Assembly: GCA_964392085.1 (NCBI GenBank)
Contig: CAYMOV010000004.1
Coordinates: 16,808-80,807, forward strand
Reading direction: 5' to 3'
Length of the DNA stretch: 64,000 nucleotides
Source: an uncultured bacterium
GTDB taxonomy: Bacteria > Oederibacteriota > Muellerivitia > Muellerivitales > Muellerivitaceae
Shown: piece by piece, positions 9,193 to 18,208 of the stretch
Layout: each line of letters begins with the position of its first letter
How positions within the stretch are numbered: the stretch's first letter is position 1
Notes under the pieces: generated by a model
The model's database searches: none
Seen by the model: the letters and a program-made list of their open reading frames with translations, nothing else
Told to the model about the DNA's origin: nothing
Program-made: the position numbers and the translations under genes

Positions 9193-10767
9193 TTACAGGA
9201 TATTGGGTTTATAAGTGACCTTGTACTTCTTCAGCTTGTACCCCAACTGCCTGGGGGTGATGCCAAGCACCTTGCAAGCCCGGGCCTGGACCCACCCGCA
9301 ACGTTCCATGATCTCGACGACCCGCCGTTTCTCGAGTTCCTCCAAGGTCCCGTCCAACACCCCACCGGAAGGCGCGTTCCCCCCCACGGTTTGGCTTTCA
9401 GCTTGGTAGGACCTCAGGGCGTTCAGGGCCAAGGGCAACGGGACGTCCTCCACCCGCAGCTCATCGCCCTTGGAGAGAACGCACATGCGCTCGATGGTGT
9501 TCTCCAGTTCCCGGACGTTGCCGGGCCAATCGTAATGGGCGAGGCGGTTGAGCGCGTCGGAAGCCAGGCGGTACCGGGTCTCGTTCTCCTGGTTGTACTT
9601 CGCGAGGAAGTGCTGGATCAAGAGCGGGACGTCCTCGCGCCGTTCCCGCAGGGGCGGCAGGAAGATCGGGACCACGTTCAGGCGGTAATAAAGGTCTTCC
9701 CTGAAGTTACCCTGGGCGATGGCCTCCTCCAAGTTCCGGTTCGTGGCGCAGAGGATGCGGACGTCCACGGCGTGGGTCTTGGTCCCCCCCACCCGCTCGA
9801 ATTTCCGTTCTTGGAGCACCCGGAGCAGCTTCACCTGGATGGTGGAGGAGACATCGCCGATCTCGTCAAGGAACAGCGTCCCCCCATCGGCCAACTCGAA
9901 ACGACCCTTCACGGCCTCCGTGGCGCCGGTATAACTGCCTTTCTCGTGGCCGAAAAGCTCGGACTCCAGCAGTGTTTCGGGCAAGGCGGCGCAGGAGATC
10001 TTGATGAAGGCCTGCTCCGCCCGGGGGCTGTTGTAATGGAGGGCCCGGGCGATCAATTCCTTGCCTGTGCCCGATTCCCCCCGGATCATGACCGTGGACC
10101 GGGTAGGGGCCACCCGCTGGACGTACTTGAAGACATCCACCATGGATTTGGATTCGCCCACCACGTTGTCCAACCGGTATTTCCCCTTCAGTTCGCTGGT
10201 CAGCTCCCTCTTCTCTTCAACCAGTTTCTCCTTTTCCTCGGAGATCATCTGGTGGATCTTCAGGTTTTGGCCCAAGAGCGACGCCACTACGGCAAGGACA
10301 CGGACGTCCTCCTCGAGGGCGCCTTGGGCGAAGATCCGATCCGCCGAAACCACCCCGAGGGTCTCCCCCTTTACCTTGATGGGGACGCAAAGGAACGAGA
10401 TGTTCTCCCGCTGCAAATCCCTGGACTTCGTGCGGTTGAGGAAGAGGGGTTCCTTGCCGACGTCGGGGATGATCATGGCCTCACCACGTTCCACGACCTT
10501 GCCCGTGACGCCTTCCCCGATGCGGTACTTGCCCCGCTCGATTTCCTCGCGCTTGAGCCCATGGGCAGCCTCGATGGCCAAGTGTTTGGTCTTGCGGTCG
10601 AGGAGGGTGACGGTTCCCCGGCTCATGTCGAGTTGTTGGGCCAGGATGCCGAGAATCTGGTTCGCGGCGGAACGGAAATCCAGGGTGGCGGCCAGGACAT
10701 GGCTGATTTCATAGAGCGCGGTCAGCTCTTGGATTTTTTGGCGGAGCTTTTTTTCGGATTCCGACAT
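9193..10767 (-). CDS. NifA-like sigma54-dependent activator (GAF-AAA+-HTH)
   Basis: GAF domain, Walker A GESGTGKE, ESELFGHEKGSYTGA, FLDEIG, FREDLYYRL, WPGNVRELEN and a Fis-type HTH. Confidence 0.9.
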   Translation of the reverse strand: MSESEKKLRQKIQELTALYEISHVLAATLDFRSAANQILGILAQQLDMSRGTVTLLDRKTKHLAIEAAHGLKREEIERGKYRIGEGVTGKVVERGEAMIIPDVGKEPLFLNRTKSRDLQRENISFLCVPIKVKGETLGVVSADRIFAQGALEEDVRVLAVVASLLGQNLKIHQMISEEKEKLVEEKRELTSELKGKYRLDNVVGESKSMVDVFKYVQRVAPTRSTVMIRGESGTGKELIARALHYNSPRAEQAFIKISCAALPETLLESELFGHEKGSYTGATEAVKGRFELADGGTLFLDEIGDVSSTIQVKLLRVLQERKFERVGGTKTHAVDVRILCATNRNLEEAIAQGNFREDLYYRLNVVPIFLPPLRERREDVPLLIQHFLAKYNQENETRYRLASDALNRLAHYDWPGNVRELENTIERMCVLSKGDELRVEDVPLPLALNALRSYQAESQTVGGNAPSGGVLDGTLEELEKRRVVEIMERCGWVQARACKVLGITPRQLGYKLKKYKVTYKPNIL

Positions 10768-10792
10768 GGCGGGTCCTTCCAAGATTGTTCCT

Positions 10793-10835
10793 AACTGTCA
10801 GTTACTACAGTTTGGTATGCTACAACATTAATGTT
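10793..10835. promoter_or_regulatory. Two operator-like palindromes in a divergent intergenic region
   Basis: AACTGT-N8-ACAGTT (10793-10812) and perfect AACATTAATGTT (10824-10835). Confidence 0.4.
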
Positions 10836-10946
10836 AATCACGCACCAGGAATTCTCCATCGGGTTCCGGATCCACGCCATGGGTTCCATGGACAATTCAG
10901 GATGCGTCGTTAAAAATGAATCGGTCGTTCCAGTCCCCGAGGTCCC

Positions 10947-12773
10947 ATGCGCACCCATACCCTTTTCTTCAAGCTTTTGGCCCTGGTGCTCCTACCCGTG
11001 CTTTTTTCCATCGGGGGAAGCCTCTGGATCATCCGGCACCAAGAAACGGATACCGCCAACCAATCCCTCAACCACAACCTGATCGGCAGCCGCACTTACT
11101 TAAGGAGCCTCCTGGCCGAGCGGTGGATCCTCTTGGATTCCCAAGCCGCCCGGATGGCGGCCCGACCCGAGTTGACGGATTGGATGGGCCTCAGCGCCTC
11201 GGCCCCCCAATCCGTCCAGGCCGAGGTGGCCCGCATGGCGCCGGCTTGGCAGACCCGACTCGGGGCGCGATTGTTCGTCCTGTCGAATCCGTCAGGCGGC
11301 ATCCTCTACGATTCCTCACGGGTGCCCGAGCCGCCCGCCACGCCCCCGCCGACCCCCACTCCTCCCTATCCGGGACCGCTCCCGCCCCCGCCCGCTCCCC
11401 AACCTACGCTTGTGTCCGCCCCGGACCTGGGGGTCGCCCTCAATGGCAACTCAACCCGCGGCTTGTGGGTTTCCCGTCCCGTAACGGACTCGGATTTCCG
11501 GCCGCAGGCCTTTTTGGCCGTCACCCATCCGCTCACGACCTCCGAACCTGAAAAAACCGTATTGGGGGCCCTGGTCCTGGGTTCGCCCTTGGACCAGGAA
11601 TGGGCCGGTGAACTGAAGCGGACTACCGGAAGCGAAATCGTCCTTGTGGATGGGGGACGGGTCCTGGCCTCTTCCTGGACCCCCCGAGACCAATCCGACT
11701 TGGAGGAAGCCCTGGCCCCCGCCATCGGGGCCGCCGAATCCCAGTCGGCCGCCGAACCCCTTCCCATCGATTTGACCTTCCGGGGAACGCCCTATCGGGC
11801 CCTCTTCGAATCCCTGGTGGACCTCAAGGGACAACCTGCGGCCTCCGTGGTGTTCCTCCGGTCCCGATCCCAGGTCGAGATCCCTTGGGCTTCCCTCCGG
11901 GGGTCGTTTTGGAAAATAGCCGCCGCCGCCCTGGTCCTGGCCCTGGGGATTACGTTCCTCTTCTATCGCAGGCTCCGAAAACCCCTCGAATCCCTCCGGG
12001 CCGCCTTCACGGCCTTAGGCCAAGGCTCGCCCTCGACCACCCTTGAAGAAGCCCAGGGCTCGGACCTTTCGGAATGGACCCAATCCTTCAACGCCATGGT
12101 TCGGTCGCTCCGCCAACAGGGCCGGGTCGCCCAAATCCTCGGCAAGTCCCTCTCCCCCCTCACGGCCCGGAAGATCCTGGCCTCGGGCGAGGAACTCGCC
12201 CTCAAGGGGGAACGACGCGAATGCGCCCTCCTTTCGGCCGGCCTGCGGGGCTTTGGCGTGCAGGCCGGGACCCTTTCACCCGAAAAACTGGTTTCGGACC
12301 TGAATGAGTTTTGTGAGCGCATGACCTCCGTGGTTTTCGATTCGGAGGGAGCCCTGGACCAAATCAACGGGGACGGTATTCTCGCCTATTGGGGGGCGCC
12401 CCTGGACTGCGAGGAAATGGAGGCCCAAGCCTTGGCCTGTGCCTGGAAACTCCAGGCCGACGTTCAAAAGCTCAACCAAAAACGTTCGGAACGGGGCGCC
12501 CCGCCCCTCTCCCTGGGCATCGGGCTCCACCGGGGGACGGTCGTCGCGGGAAACTTCGGGTCGGAGCGCCAGGCCAACTACTCGCTTTGGGGCCCCGAGG
12601 TCCAACGGGCCCTGGCCTTAGGTTCCCAAGCGGCCTCGGGCCAGATTCTCCTGACGGAGGACTTCCTCAAGAAGCTCCCCACCCGGGTCCCCCACCGACC
12701 CTCGACTCCAATGACGGGATCGGGCATTCCGGGATCCCCCAAGATCTACGAAGTCTTGGGCCCCGGCGTTTAA
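10947..12773 (+). CDS. Membrane sensor with Cache-like/HAMP and degenerate class III nucleotide cyclase domain
   Basis: Two TM helices, HAMP and cyclase fold (GIGLHRGTVVAGNFGS). Catalytic motifs are altered (SAGLRGF, DQINGD, GPEVQRALA). Confidence 0.8.
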   Translation: MRTHTLFFKLLALVLLPVLFSIGGSLWIIRHQETDTANQSLNHNLIGSRTYLRSLLAERWILLDSQAARMAARPELTDWMGLSASAPQSVQAEVARMAPAWQTRLGARLFVLSNPSGGILYDSSRVPEPPATPPPTPTPPYPGPLPPPPAPQPTLVSAPDLGVALNGNSTRGLWVSRPVTDSDFRPQAFLAVTHPLTTSEPEKTVLGALVLGSPLDQEWAGELKRTTGSEIVLVDGGRVLASSWTPRDQSDLEEALAPAIGAAESQSAAEPLPIDLTFRGTPYRALFESLVDLKGQPAASVVFLRSRSQVEIPWASLRGSFWKIAAAALVLALGITFLFYRRLRKPLESLRAAFTALGQGSPSTTLEEAQGSDLSEWTQSFNAMVRSLRQQGRVAQILGKSLSPLTARKILASGEELALKGERRECALLSAGLRGFGVQAGTLSPEKLVSDLNEFCERMTSVVFDSEGALDQINGDGILAYWGAPLDCEEMEAQALACAWKLQADVQKLNQKRSERGAPPLSLGIGLHRGTVVAGNFGSERQANYSLWGPEVQRALALGSQAASGQILLTEDFLKKLPTRVPHRPSTPMTGSGIPGSPKIYEVLGPGV

Positions 12774-12779
12774 GAACGG

Positions 12780-13094
12780 CCAACGATAACTTTTGAACCA
12801 CCAAGATCACCAAGTTCACTAACAGGATGATGAAAAAGTCGAACTGAAGAGACTTTTTCGTGTCTTGCTTGCGAATCACCCCCCCAAAAACCGGGGGATT
12901 CACGTCGATGCGCCCGACCCACGTGGCTGTTGGTAGGGTGTAAAAACACTTTTTCAGCACCCTGCTAAGAATGCCTAATGGATAAAGTCATTAAACCTAA
13001 GGTTTTCCTTTATAACCTCGTTTACGCCCTCAGCCGAAGGCTGACGGGCAGTGGCCTTTGTGGTGAATAGGTTCGCTTTGCGTGGTTTAGTTAG
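12780..13094. repeat. Composite REP/REPIN-like intergenic repeat, copy B, hosting an inverted MITE
   Basis: Arms align with 523-834; includes hairpin gccctcagccgaaggctgacgggc. Confidence 0.75.
12823..12964 (-). mobile_element. MITE copy 2 (142 bp), opposite orientation to copy 1
   Basis: TIRs CAGGATGATGAAAAAG / CTTTTTCAGCACCCTG; CTAA duplications at 12819-12822 and 12965-12968. Confidence 0.85.
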
Positions 13095-13163
13095 GTGAGC
13101 TAAGTTCATTTAAACAATCCGGGCGCCTCGATTTCACCGGCCGACCTTGGGATACTGGGGCAC

Positions 13164-14234
13164 ATGTCCAATCCGCGACCCTCCACCGATCAAAACTCCG
13201 CCTGGCCCCGACTTCTCCTGCGCTGGTACGACGCCCATCGCCGGGACCTGCCCTGGCGAAGGACCCGAGATCCCTACGCCATTTTCGTCTCGGAGATGAT
13301 GCTCCAGCAGACCCAAGTCAAAACCGCCCTGCCCTATTATGACCGGTGGATGAAGGCCCTACCGGATTGGAAATCCCTGGCCCAAGCCCCCGAGGACCGG
13401 GTGATGAAGCTGTGGGAAGGGTTGGGTTATTACCGCCGGGCAAGGAACCTCAAAGCCGCCGCCCTGAAGCTGTTGGCGGAGTTCAACGGGCGCCTCCCGG
13501 ACACCTACGATGAAATTCGGAGTCTCCCGGGGGTCGGCCCCTATAGCGCGGGCGCCCTGCTCTCTATCGCATTCCAGAAGCCCCATCCCCTCGTCGACGG
13601 AAACGTCATCCGGGTCTACGCCAGGCTCTTCGCCTTATCCGGCGACCTCAAGACCGGCGACGGGAACAAAAAAGTATGGGCGATCGCGGAAAAACACCTT
13701 CACCGGAAACGACCGGGAGATTTCAACCAAGCCCTGATGGAATTGGGCGCCACGGTTTGCCTGTCGGATAACCCAAACTGCCTCCTCTGCCCACTGCGGA
13801 AGGACTGCCGTGCGGCCAAACTCGGTCGACAGTCTGAGTTCCCCACGCCCGGCATCAAAGTCGAGAACCGGGCCGTGAACATGGCGGCGGCCTGGATTGA
13901 ACGCAGCGGAAAAGTCCTTATCCGGAAAAGAACCGAGGACGCCCGGTGGTTGAAGGGGCTCTGGGAATTCCCCAGCGAGGAAGGCAAAATCCACGCGGTA
14001 GCCCTCAGGAAGTTGGGGGAGGAACTAGGGGTTATGTTCGAAAAGAAATCCGCCGCGAAAGTAAAGCACCAGATCACAAACCATAAGATCGATATTCGGC
14101 TTTACCGCGCCGTTGTCCTGAGAGGCTGGAACCCCCCGGCGGGCGCCCGATGGGTCGGCCCGGGGGGTTGGGGCCGCTACGCCCTCCCCAGCGCGCATAT
14201 TCGTTTGAAGAAGACGATGTTGGGGAAACAATAA
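13164..14234 (+). CDS. mutY: A/G-specific adenine glycosylase
   Basis: RDLPWRRTRDPY, SEMMLQQTQV, LPGVGPYSAGA HhH, FeS motif C-x6-C-x2-C-x5-C, C-terminal NUDIX-like domain. Confidence 0.95.
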   Translation: MSNPRPSTDQNSAWPRLLLRWYDAHRRDLPWRRTRDPYAIFVSEMMLQQTQVKTALPYYDRWMKALPDWKSLAQAPEDRVMKLWEGLGYYRRARNLKAAALKLLAEFNGRLPDTYDEIRSLPGVGPYSAGALLSIAFQKPHPLVDGNVIRVYARLFALSGDLKTGDGNKKVWAIAEKHLHRKRPGDFNQALMELGATVCLSDNPNCLLCPLRKDCRAAKLGRQSEFPTPGIKVENRAVNMAAAWIERSGKVLIRKRTEDARWLKGLWEFPSEEGKIHAVALRKLGEELGVMFEKKSAAKVKHQITNHKIDIRLYRAVVLRGWNPPAGARWVGPGGWGRYALPSAHIRLKKTMLGKQ

Positions 14235-14263
14235 AAAAGCCCCGAGGATTTCACCGGGGCTTT
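14233..14263. terminator. Intrinsic terminator between convergent mutY and crp
   Basis: AAAAAAGCCCCG-loop-CGGGGCTTT. Confidence 0.7.
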
Positions 14264-14379
14264 GGGTGCGATTCTTAATTTTCGATGATCGATTCTTGAA
14301 CCGGGCCGAAGGCCCAGGCGGATCCTTCGGCCCGTTTGGCCTCAGGATGAAACATCCGTTTTGTCATTTACCGGATGTT

Positions 14380-15096
14380 TCAGTCGATTTCGTCCTGGCG
14401 GTCCACCAGTGCCTGGAGTTCCTTGACGGTGATCTTCCCCCGGCTGGTTTCCACCAGGCCGTCCTCCTCCAGCGCCTTGAAGGTGCGGATGCAGGTCTCC
14501 ACGGTGGTACCGGCCATCTCGGCCACTTCCCGGCGGGTCAGGGGGATCTGGTTTCCGAACTCCCCCACTAGGTGCACCAGCACGTGCAGGATGCGCTTCT
14601 CCACGCTCTCCTGGTCGAAGGTGCGCATGTCCTGCATCTGGCGCAGGCGGGTGGAGAGGTGGGCGACCAGTTCCCGGGATATTTCCGGGTGCTTTTTCAT
14701 CAGATCCAGGAAGTCCCCCATGGCGAGGCTCACCACCACGGTATCGGTCTCAGCCAGGGCGTTACAAGGGTACTGTTCGGAGGAAAAACTACAGCAAGTC
14801 CCGAACATGTGGTTGAGGCCCATGGTACAGATGGTCAGGTCGCGGCCCTGCGGCATGTGCTTGACGGCCTTGACCCGCCCTTCCTTCACGAACCAAACGT
14901 GGGTCGCGGCGTCGCCCTCCAGGAAGATGGGTTGGCCTTTGGGATAGCGTTTCTCGACCATCTTCCGCTCGATCGCCGCCATCTGGGACGGCGGGACGCT
15001 CTTGAAGAGGTCGATGCTGGCCACGAAGTTTTTGGACGGCGCGGTTGCCACGGTGGGCCTTGCCTGGATCGTATTGTCTTTACGGGTTTCAATCAT
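14380..15096 (-). CDS. Crp/Fnr-family transcription factor 1 (DNR/HcpR-like)
   Basis: cNMP-like sensor domain plus HTH PLTRREVAEMAGTTVETCIR. No N-terminal FNR Cys cluster. ATG 15096 with GGAGG RBS. Confidence 0.9.
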   Translation of the reverse strand: MIETRKDNTIQARPTVATAPSKNFVASIDLFKSVPPSQMAAIERKMVEKRYPKGQPIFLEGDAATHVWFVKEGRVKAVKHMPQGRDLTICTMGLNHMFGTCCSFSSEQYPCNALAETDTVVVSLAMGDFLDLMKKHPEISRELVAHLSTRLRQMQDMRTFDQESVEKRILHVLVHLVGEFGNQIPLTRREVAEMAGTTVETCIRTFKALEEDGLVETSRGKITVKELQALVDRQDEID

Positions 15097-15167
15097 CTTA
15101 GCCCCTCCCTCTGGGGACTTCCAGGCTCCCGGGGACGCGGTATCCCCGGTTTTGCCCTTACCTTTAC

Positions 15168-16325
15168 TCACTTGGCCCCAACCCGATAACCCTGCTGAAA
15201 GGCCTCTTGGGGAACATAGGCGCAAAAAGGCTCTTCCCCGAGGTAATCCCCGGTGACGCCGAAGGCCCGGGCCCGGCAGCCGCCGCAGGTGGCCTTGTGG
15301 TCGCAAAGGCCGCATTTGCCCCCGAGGAGATCCGGGTCCCGAAGGCTGCGGAAAACCATCGACTGTTCCCAGATCTGGCGGAAGCCGGTTTTCTTCAGGT
15401 CCCCCGCCTCGAGCGGCAGGTAACCGCAGGGGAACATCCGGCCGTCATGGCTGATGAAGCCCACGCCGCTGCCGGCCAGGCAGCCCTTGGTCATGGCGTG
15501 GAGGGCCGCCCCCGAGGGATGGCCTCCCCCGGACTTGGCCTGGTGCTTGTGGAGCATCTGGGCCATGCGCTTACCGCTTTCGGGGTTGCGCTTCTGCTCT
15601 TGGGCGGCGATTCGGAAGAAATGCGGGGCGCAGGTGGCCTTGAGCTCGAGTTCGGTGAACTCCATGGCCCGGTAGAACCACTTGAGGACCCGCTCGTAAT
15701 CGGCGGGGGTGATTTGCTTCTCCTCCTCGATGGTCAAGCCGCAACCCACCGGCACCAGGAGGAAGATGTGGAAGGCGTCCACCCCGAGGCCCTTGGCCAA
15801 TTCCAGGATCTCAGGAAGTCGATCAAGGTTATGGCGGGTCACGGTGGTGTTGATTTGGGTGGAAACACCCTCGGACCGCAGGAACTCCAGCGCGCGGAGG
15901 GTCTTGTCGAAACTGCCGGGCACTTGGCGGAACCCGTCGTGCACCTGGGCGTTCGGCCCGTCCAGGCTGACCGCCACCCGGGCCACGCCGGATTCGCGGA
16001 TGCGCCTGGCGTTGGCCGCGTCGATCAGGGTGCCGTTGGAAGCCAGGGCCATGCGGAAGCCCAGCTTCTTGGAATGGGCCAGGAGATCGAAGAGGTCCTT
16101 GCGGTAAAGGGGCTCCCCCCCGCTGAAGATCATCAGGGGCTTGGCGTACTCGGCGATGGAGTCGAGCACCCCAAGGGCCTGCTCGGTGGTCAATTCCCCC
16201 GGCAGGCGTTCTTCCGACGCTTCCGCCCGGCAATGGACACAACGAAGGTTGCAACGCTTGGTGGTCTCCCAAAACAGGAGACGCGGTGGTTGCACAATGG
16301 AAACGGCATTCGAGGCTTCAGACAT
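15168..16325 (-). CDS. ahbD: Radical SAM/SPASM heme synthase, AhbD-like (coproheme decarboxylase)
   Basis: WETTKRCNLRCVHCRA, LKATCAPHFFR, KGCLAG...FISHDG.MFPCGYL, GKCGLC...CGGCRARA. This pattern fits AhbD better than AhbC/NirJ. Confidence 0.7.
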   Translation of the reverse strand: MSEASNAVSIVQPPRLLFWETTKRCNLRCVHCRAEASEERLPGELTTEQALGVLDSIAEYAKPLMIFSGGEPLYRKDLFDLLAHSKKLGFRMALASNGTLIDAANARRIRESGVARVAVSLDGPNAQVHDGFRQVPGSFDKTLRALEFLRSEGVSTQINTTVTRHNLDRLPEILELAKGLGVDAFHIFLLVPVGCGLTIEEEKQITPADYERVLKWFYRAMEFTELELKATCAPHFFRIAAQEQKRNPESGKRMAQMLHKHQAKSGGGHPSGAALHAMTKGCLAGSGVGFISHDGRMFPCGYLPLEAGDLKKTGFRQIWEQSMVFRSLRDPDLLGGKCGLCDHKATCGGCRARAFGVTGDYLGEEPFCAYVPQEAFQQGYRVGAK

Positions 16326-16371
16326 GGTTCCCTCTCCATGACGGAAGGTGTGAAACTGGGATTGCCAAGAA

Positions 16372-16413
16372 ATGTTATCGCCGTCATATCGGATGTTCTA
16401 TGAGGAGGCTCAT
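16372..16413 (-). promoter_or_regulatory. Class II Crp/Fnr-type promoter for ahbD-crp1
   Basis: Box ATGAGGAGGCTCAT 16400-16413; -10 TAACAT (minus strand 16377-16372), 29.5 bp from box centre. Confidence 0.7.
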
Positions 16414-16505
16414 AGAGACTTCACAAATACCAGTAAAAATGGCTTGTTTTATTAATTTGTCATGACGAACTTCCTGCTATGATTTCTTGGCCAAATGAAG
16501 GGCCA

Positions 16506-16547
16506 ATGGGTTGGGTCATATCAGGGTCCGGGGCGCCCCCCCATAAT
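16506..16547 (+). promoter_or_regulatory. Class II Crp/Fnr-type promoter for the cytochrome c trio
   Basis: Box ATGGGTTGGGTCAT (1 mismatch) 16506-16519; -10 CATAAT 16542-16547, 29.5 bp from centre. Confidence 0.55.
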
Positions 16548-16668
16548 ACCGCAACGGATGCACCCGATTCTTCGTCCAAAAGACACGGGTTCCTCCTGAG
16601 GCCCCCGCAGGACCGGGGATCCTGGCGCTTTTTCGCGCCAAGGCCTTTCAAACATTCCGGAGGGAAAC

Positions 16669-17040
16669 ATGAAGCGTTTAATGAGTGTGGCTTTGGCGGG
16701 CCTTTTCACCGTCGCGGTGGTTCACGCGGCGGATGTGGACGGTAAGAAGGTGTTCGGCGCGAAATGCGCCATGTGTCACGGGCTGGACGGCAAGGGCAAA
16801 CCCGCCATGGCCAAGGTCAAGAAGCTGGATCCTTCAGCCCTCGACATGACCAAGGCCTCCACCACGGGCAAGCCCCTTGAGGAATTGATCAAGAACACCA
16901 GCGACGGCAACGGCAAGATGGGCGCCATGAAGGCCAAAATGACCCCGGCCGAAATCGAAGCCTCGGTCAAGTACATGCTCACGCTGTCGGCCGCCAAGGA
17001 CGGCAGCAAGAAGGACGCCGCGAAGTCGGATAAGAAATAA
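16669..17040 (+). CDS. Periplasmic monoheme class I cytochrome c, copy 1
   Basis: Signal peptide (VVHA-A), CAMCH, distal GKMGAM, Lys-rich. Confidence 0.9.
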   Translation: MKRLMSVALAGLFTVAVVHAADVDGKKVFGAKCAMCHGLDGKGKPAMAKVKKLDPSALDMTKASTTGKPLEELIKNTSDGNGKMGAMKAKMTPAEIEASVKYMLTLSAAKDGSKKDAAKSDKK

Positions 17041-17115
17041 GGTCCCCCCAAGGGCCGGGGCAATCCCCGGCCCGGTCTCGGGTGGGTCCTCAAACCAAAA
17101 AAGCGAGGGAATGCC

Positions 17116-17475
17116 ATGAAGAAGATCTGGATGACCGCGATGGTCGGGTTGTTGGCGGTGTCGATGGCCCAAGCGGCCGACGTGGACGGCAAGAAGGTGT
17201 TCGGGGCCAAATGCGCGATGTGCCACGGCTTGGACGCCAAGGGCAAGCCCGCCATGGCCAAGGCCAAGAAGGTGGATCCTTCGGCCATGGACTTGACCAA
17301 GGCCTCCACCCAGGCCAAGCCGGACGCCGACCTGGTGAAGGCCACGAGCGACGGCACCGGGAAAATGGCCGCCATGAAGGGCAAGATGACCCCGGCGGAG
17401 ATCGACGCCGCCGTGGCCTACCTGAAGACGCTCGGCGCCAAGAAGGACGCCCCGAAGGCCGACGACAAGAAGTAA
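17116..17475 (+). CDS. Periplasmic monoheme class I cytochrome c, copy 2
   Basis: Signal peptide (AQA-A), CAMCH, GKMAAM. Confidence 0.9.
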   Translation: MKKIWMTAMVGLLAVSMAQAADVDGKKVFGAKCAMCHGLDAKGKPAMAKAKKVDPSAMDLTKASTQAKPDADLVKATSDGTGKMAAMKGKMTPAEIDAAVAYLKTLGAKKDAPKADDKK

Positions 17476-17550
17476 ACTGTTCACCTGTTTCCCCGCGCCG
17501 CCGCGGGCGTTCTCGGCGGCGCGGTTTCTTTAATCTCGGAGGGAAAAGAC

Positions 17551-17898
17551 ATGAAGAAGATCTGGATGATGGCAGTGGCGGGTTTGATGGCCGTTTCCGT
17601 GGCCCACGCGGCCGATGTGGACGGCAAGAAGGTGTTCACCACGCGTTGCGCCATGTGCCACGGCCTGGACGCCAAGGGAAAACCCGCCATGGCCAAGGCC
17701 AAGAAGGTCGAACTTTCGGCGATGGACCTGACCAAGGCCGGCGTGGCCTCGAAGGACATCTCGAAGATCGTCACGAACGGAACCGGCAAAATGGCGGCCA
17801 TCAAGGGTTTGACCCCCGCGGAAGTCGACGCGGTGGCGGCTTACTTGAAGACCTTGGCCCCCGCGGCTGACGCCAAGAAAGCCGACGCGAAGAAGTAA
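17551..17898 (+). CDS. Periplasmic monoheme class I cytochrome c, copy 3
   Basis: Signal peptide (AHA-A), CAMCH, GKMAAI. Confidence 0.9.
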   Translation: MKKIWMMAVAGLMAVSVAHAADVDGKKVFTTRCAMCHGLDAKGKPAMAKAKKVELSAMDLTKAGVASKDISKIVTNGTGKMAAIKGLTPAEVDAVAAYLKTLAPAADAKKADAKK

Positions 17899-17924
17899 TA
17901 TAACGACGGCCTAGCCGTAAAACC

Positions 17925-17957
17925 AAAAGCCCCGGCCTTCTGGCCGGGGCTTTTTTT
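17925..17957 (+). terminator. Intrinsic terminator after the cytochrome c trio
   Basis: AAAAGCCCCGGCC-TTCT-GGCCGGGGCTTTTTTT. Confidence 0.85.
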
Positions 17958-18045
17958 ATTGGACGGACCAACCATCAACATCTCTGACCACGGGGTTAAA
18001 ACGACGATTACGATGGGCCGGCAACTCCAAATTCCTCACGCCTAA

Positions 18046-18186
18046 CAGGGTGCTGAAAAAGTGTTTTTCACCTTGCCAACGGCCATGTGGGTCGAGCGAA
18101 TCGCCGTGAATCCCCTGGTTTTTGGGGGGATGATTCGCGAGTAGGCCACGAAAAAGTCTCATCAGTTCGACTTTTTCATCCTCCTG
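18046..18186 (+). mobile_element. MITE copy 3 (141 bp)
   Basis: Same TIRs; CTAA duplications at 18042-18045 and 18187-18190. Confidence 0.85.
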
Positions 18187-18208
18187 CTAATTCCTAACCG
18201 CCGTCTGG

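Noticed and set aside
8980-10794. Long antisense ORFs (also 21610-23217, 25913-27967, 28950-31001, 54985-57060, 61420-62916)
   Set aside because: They mirror well-supported genes and have no recognisable motifs or RBS; shadow frames are expected from high-GC codon bias.
10796-10809. TGT...ACA as a NifA upstream activator sequence
   Set aside because: The spacer is 8 nt, not the TGT-N10-ACA consensus, and no -24/-12 promoter was found nearby.
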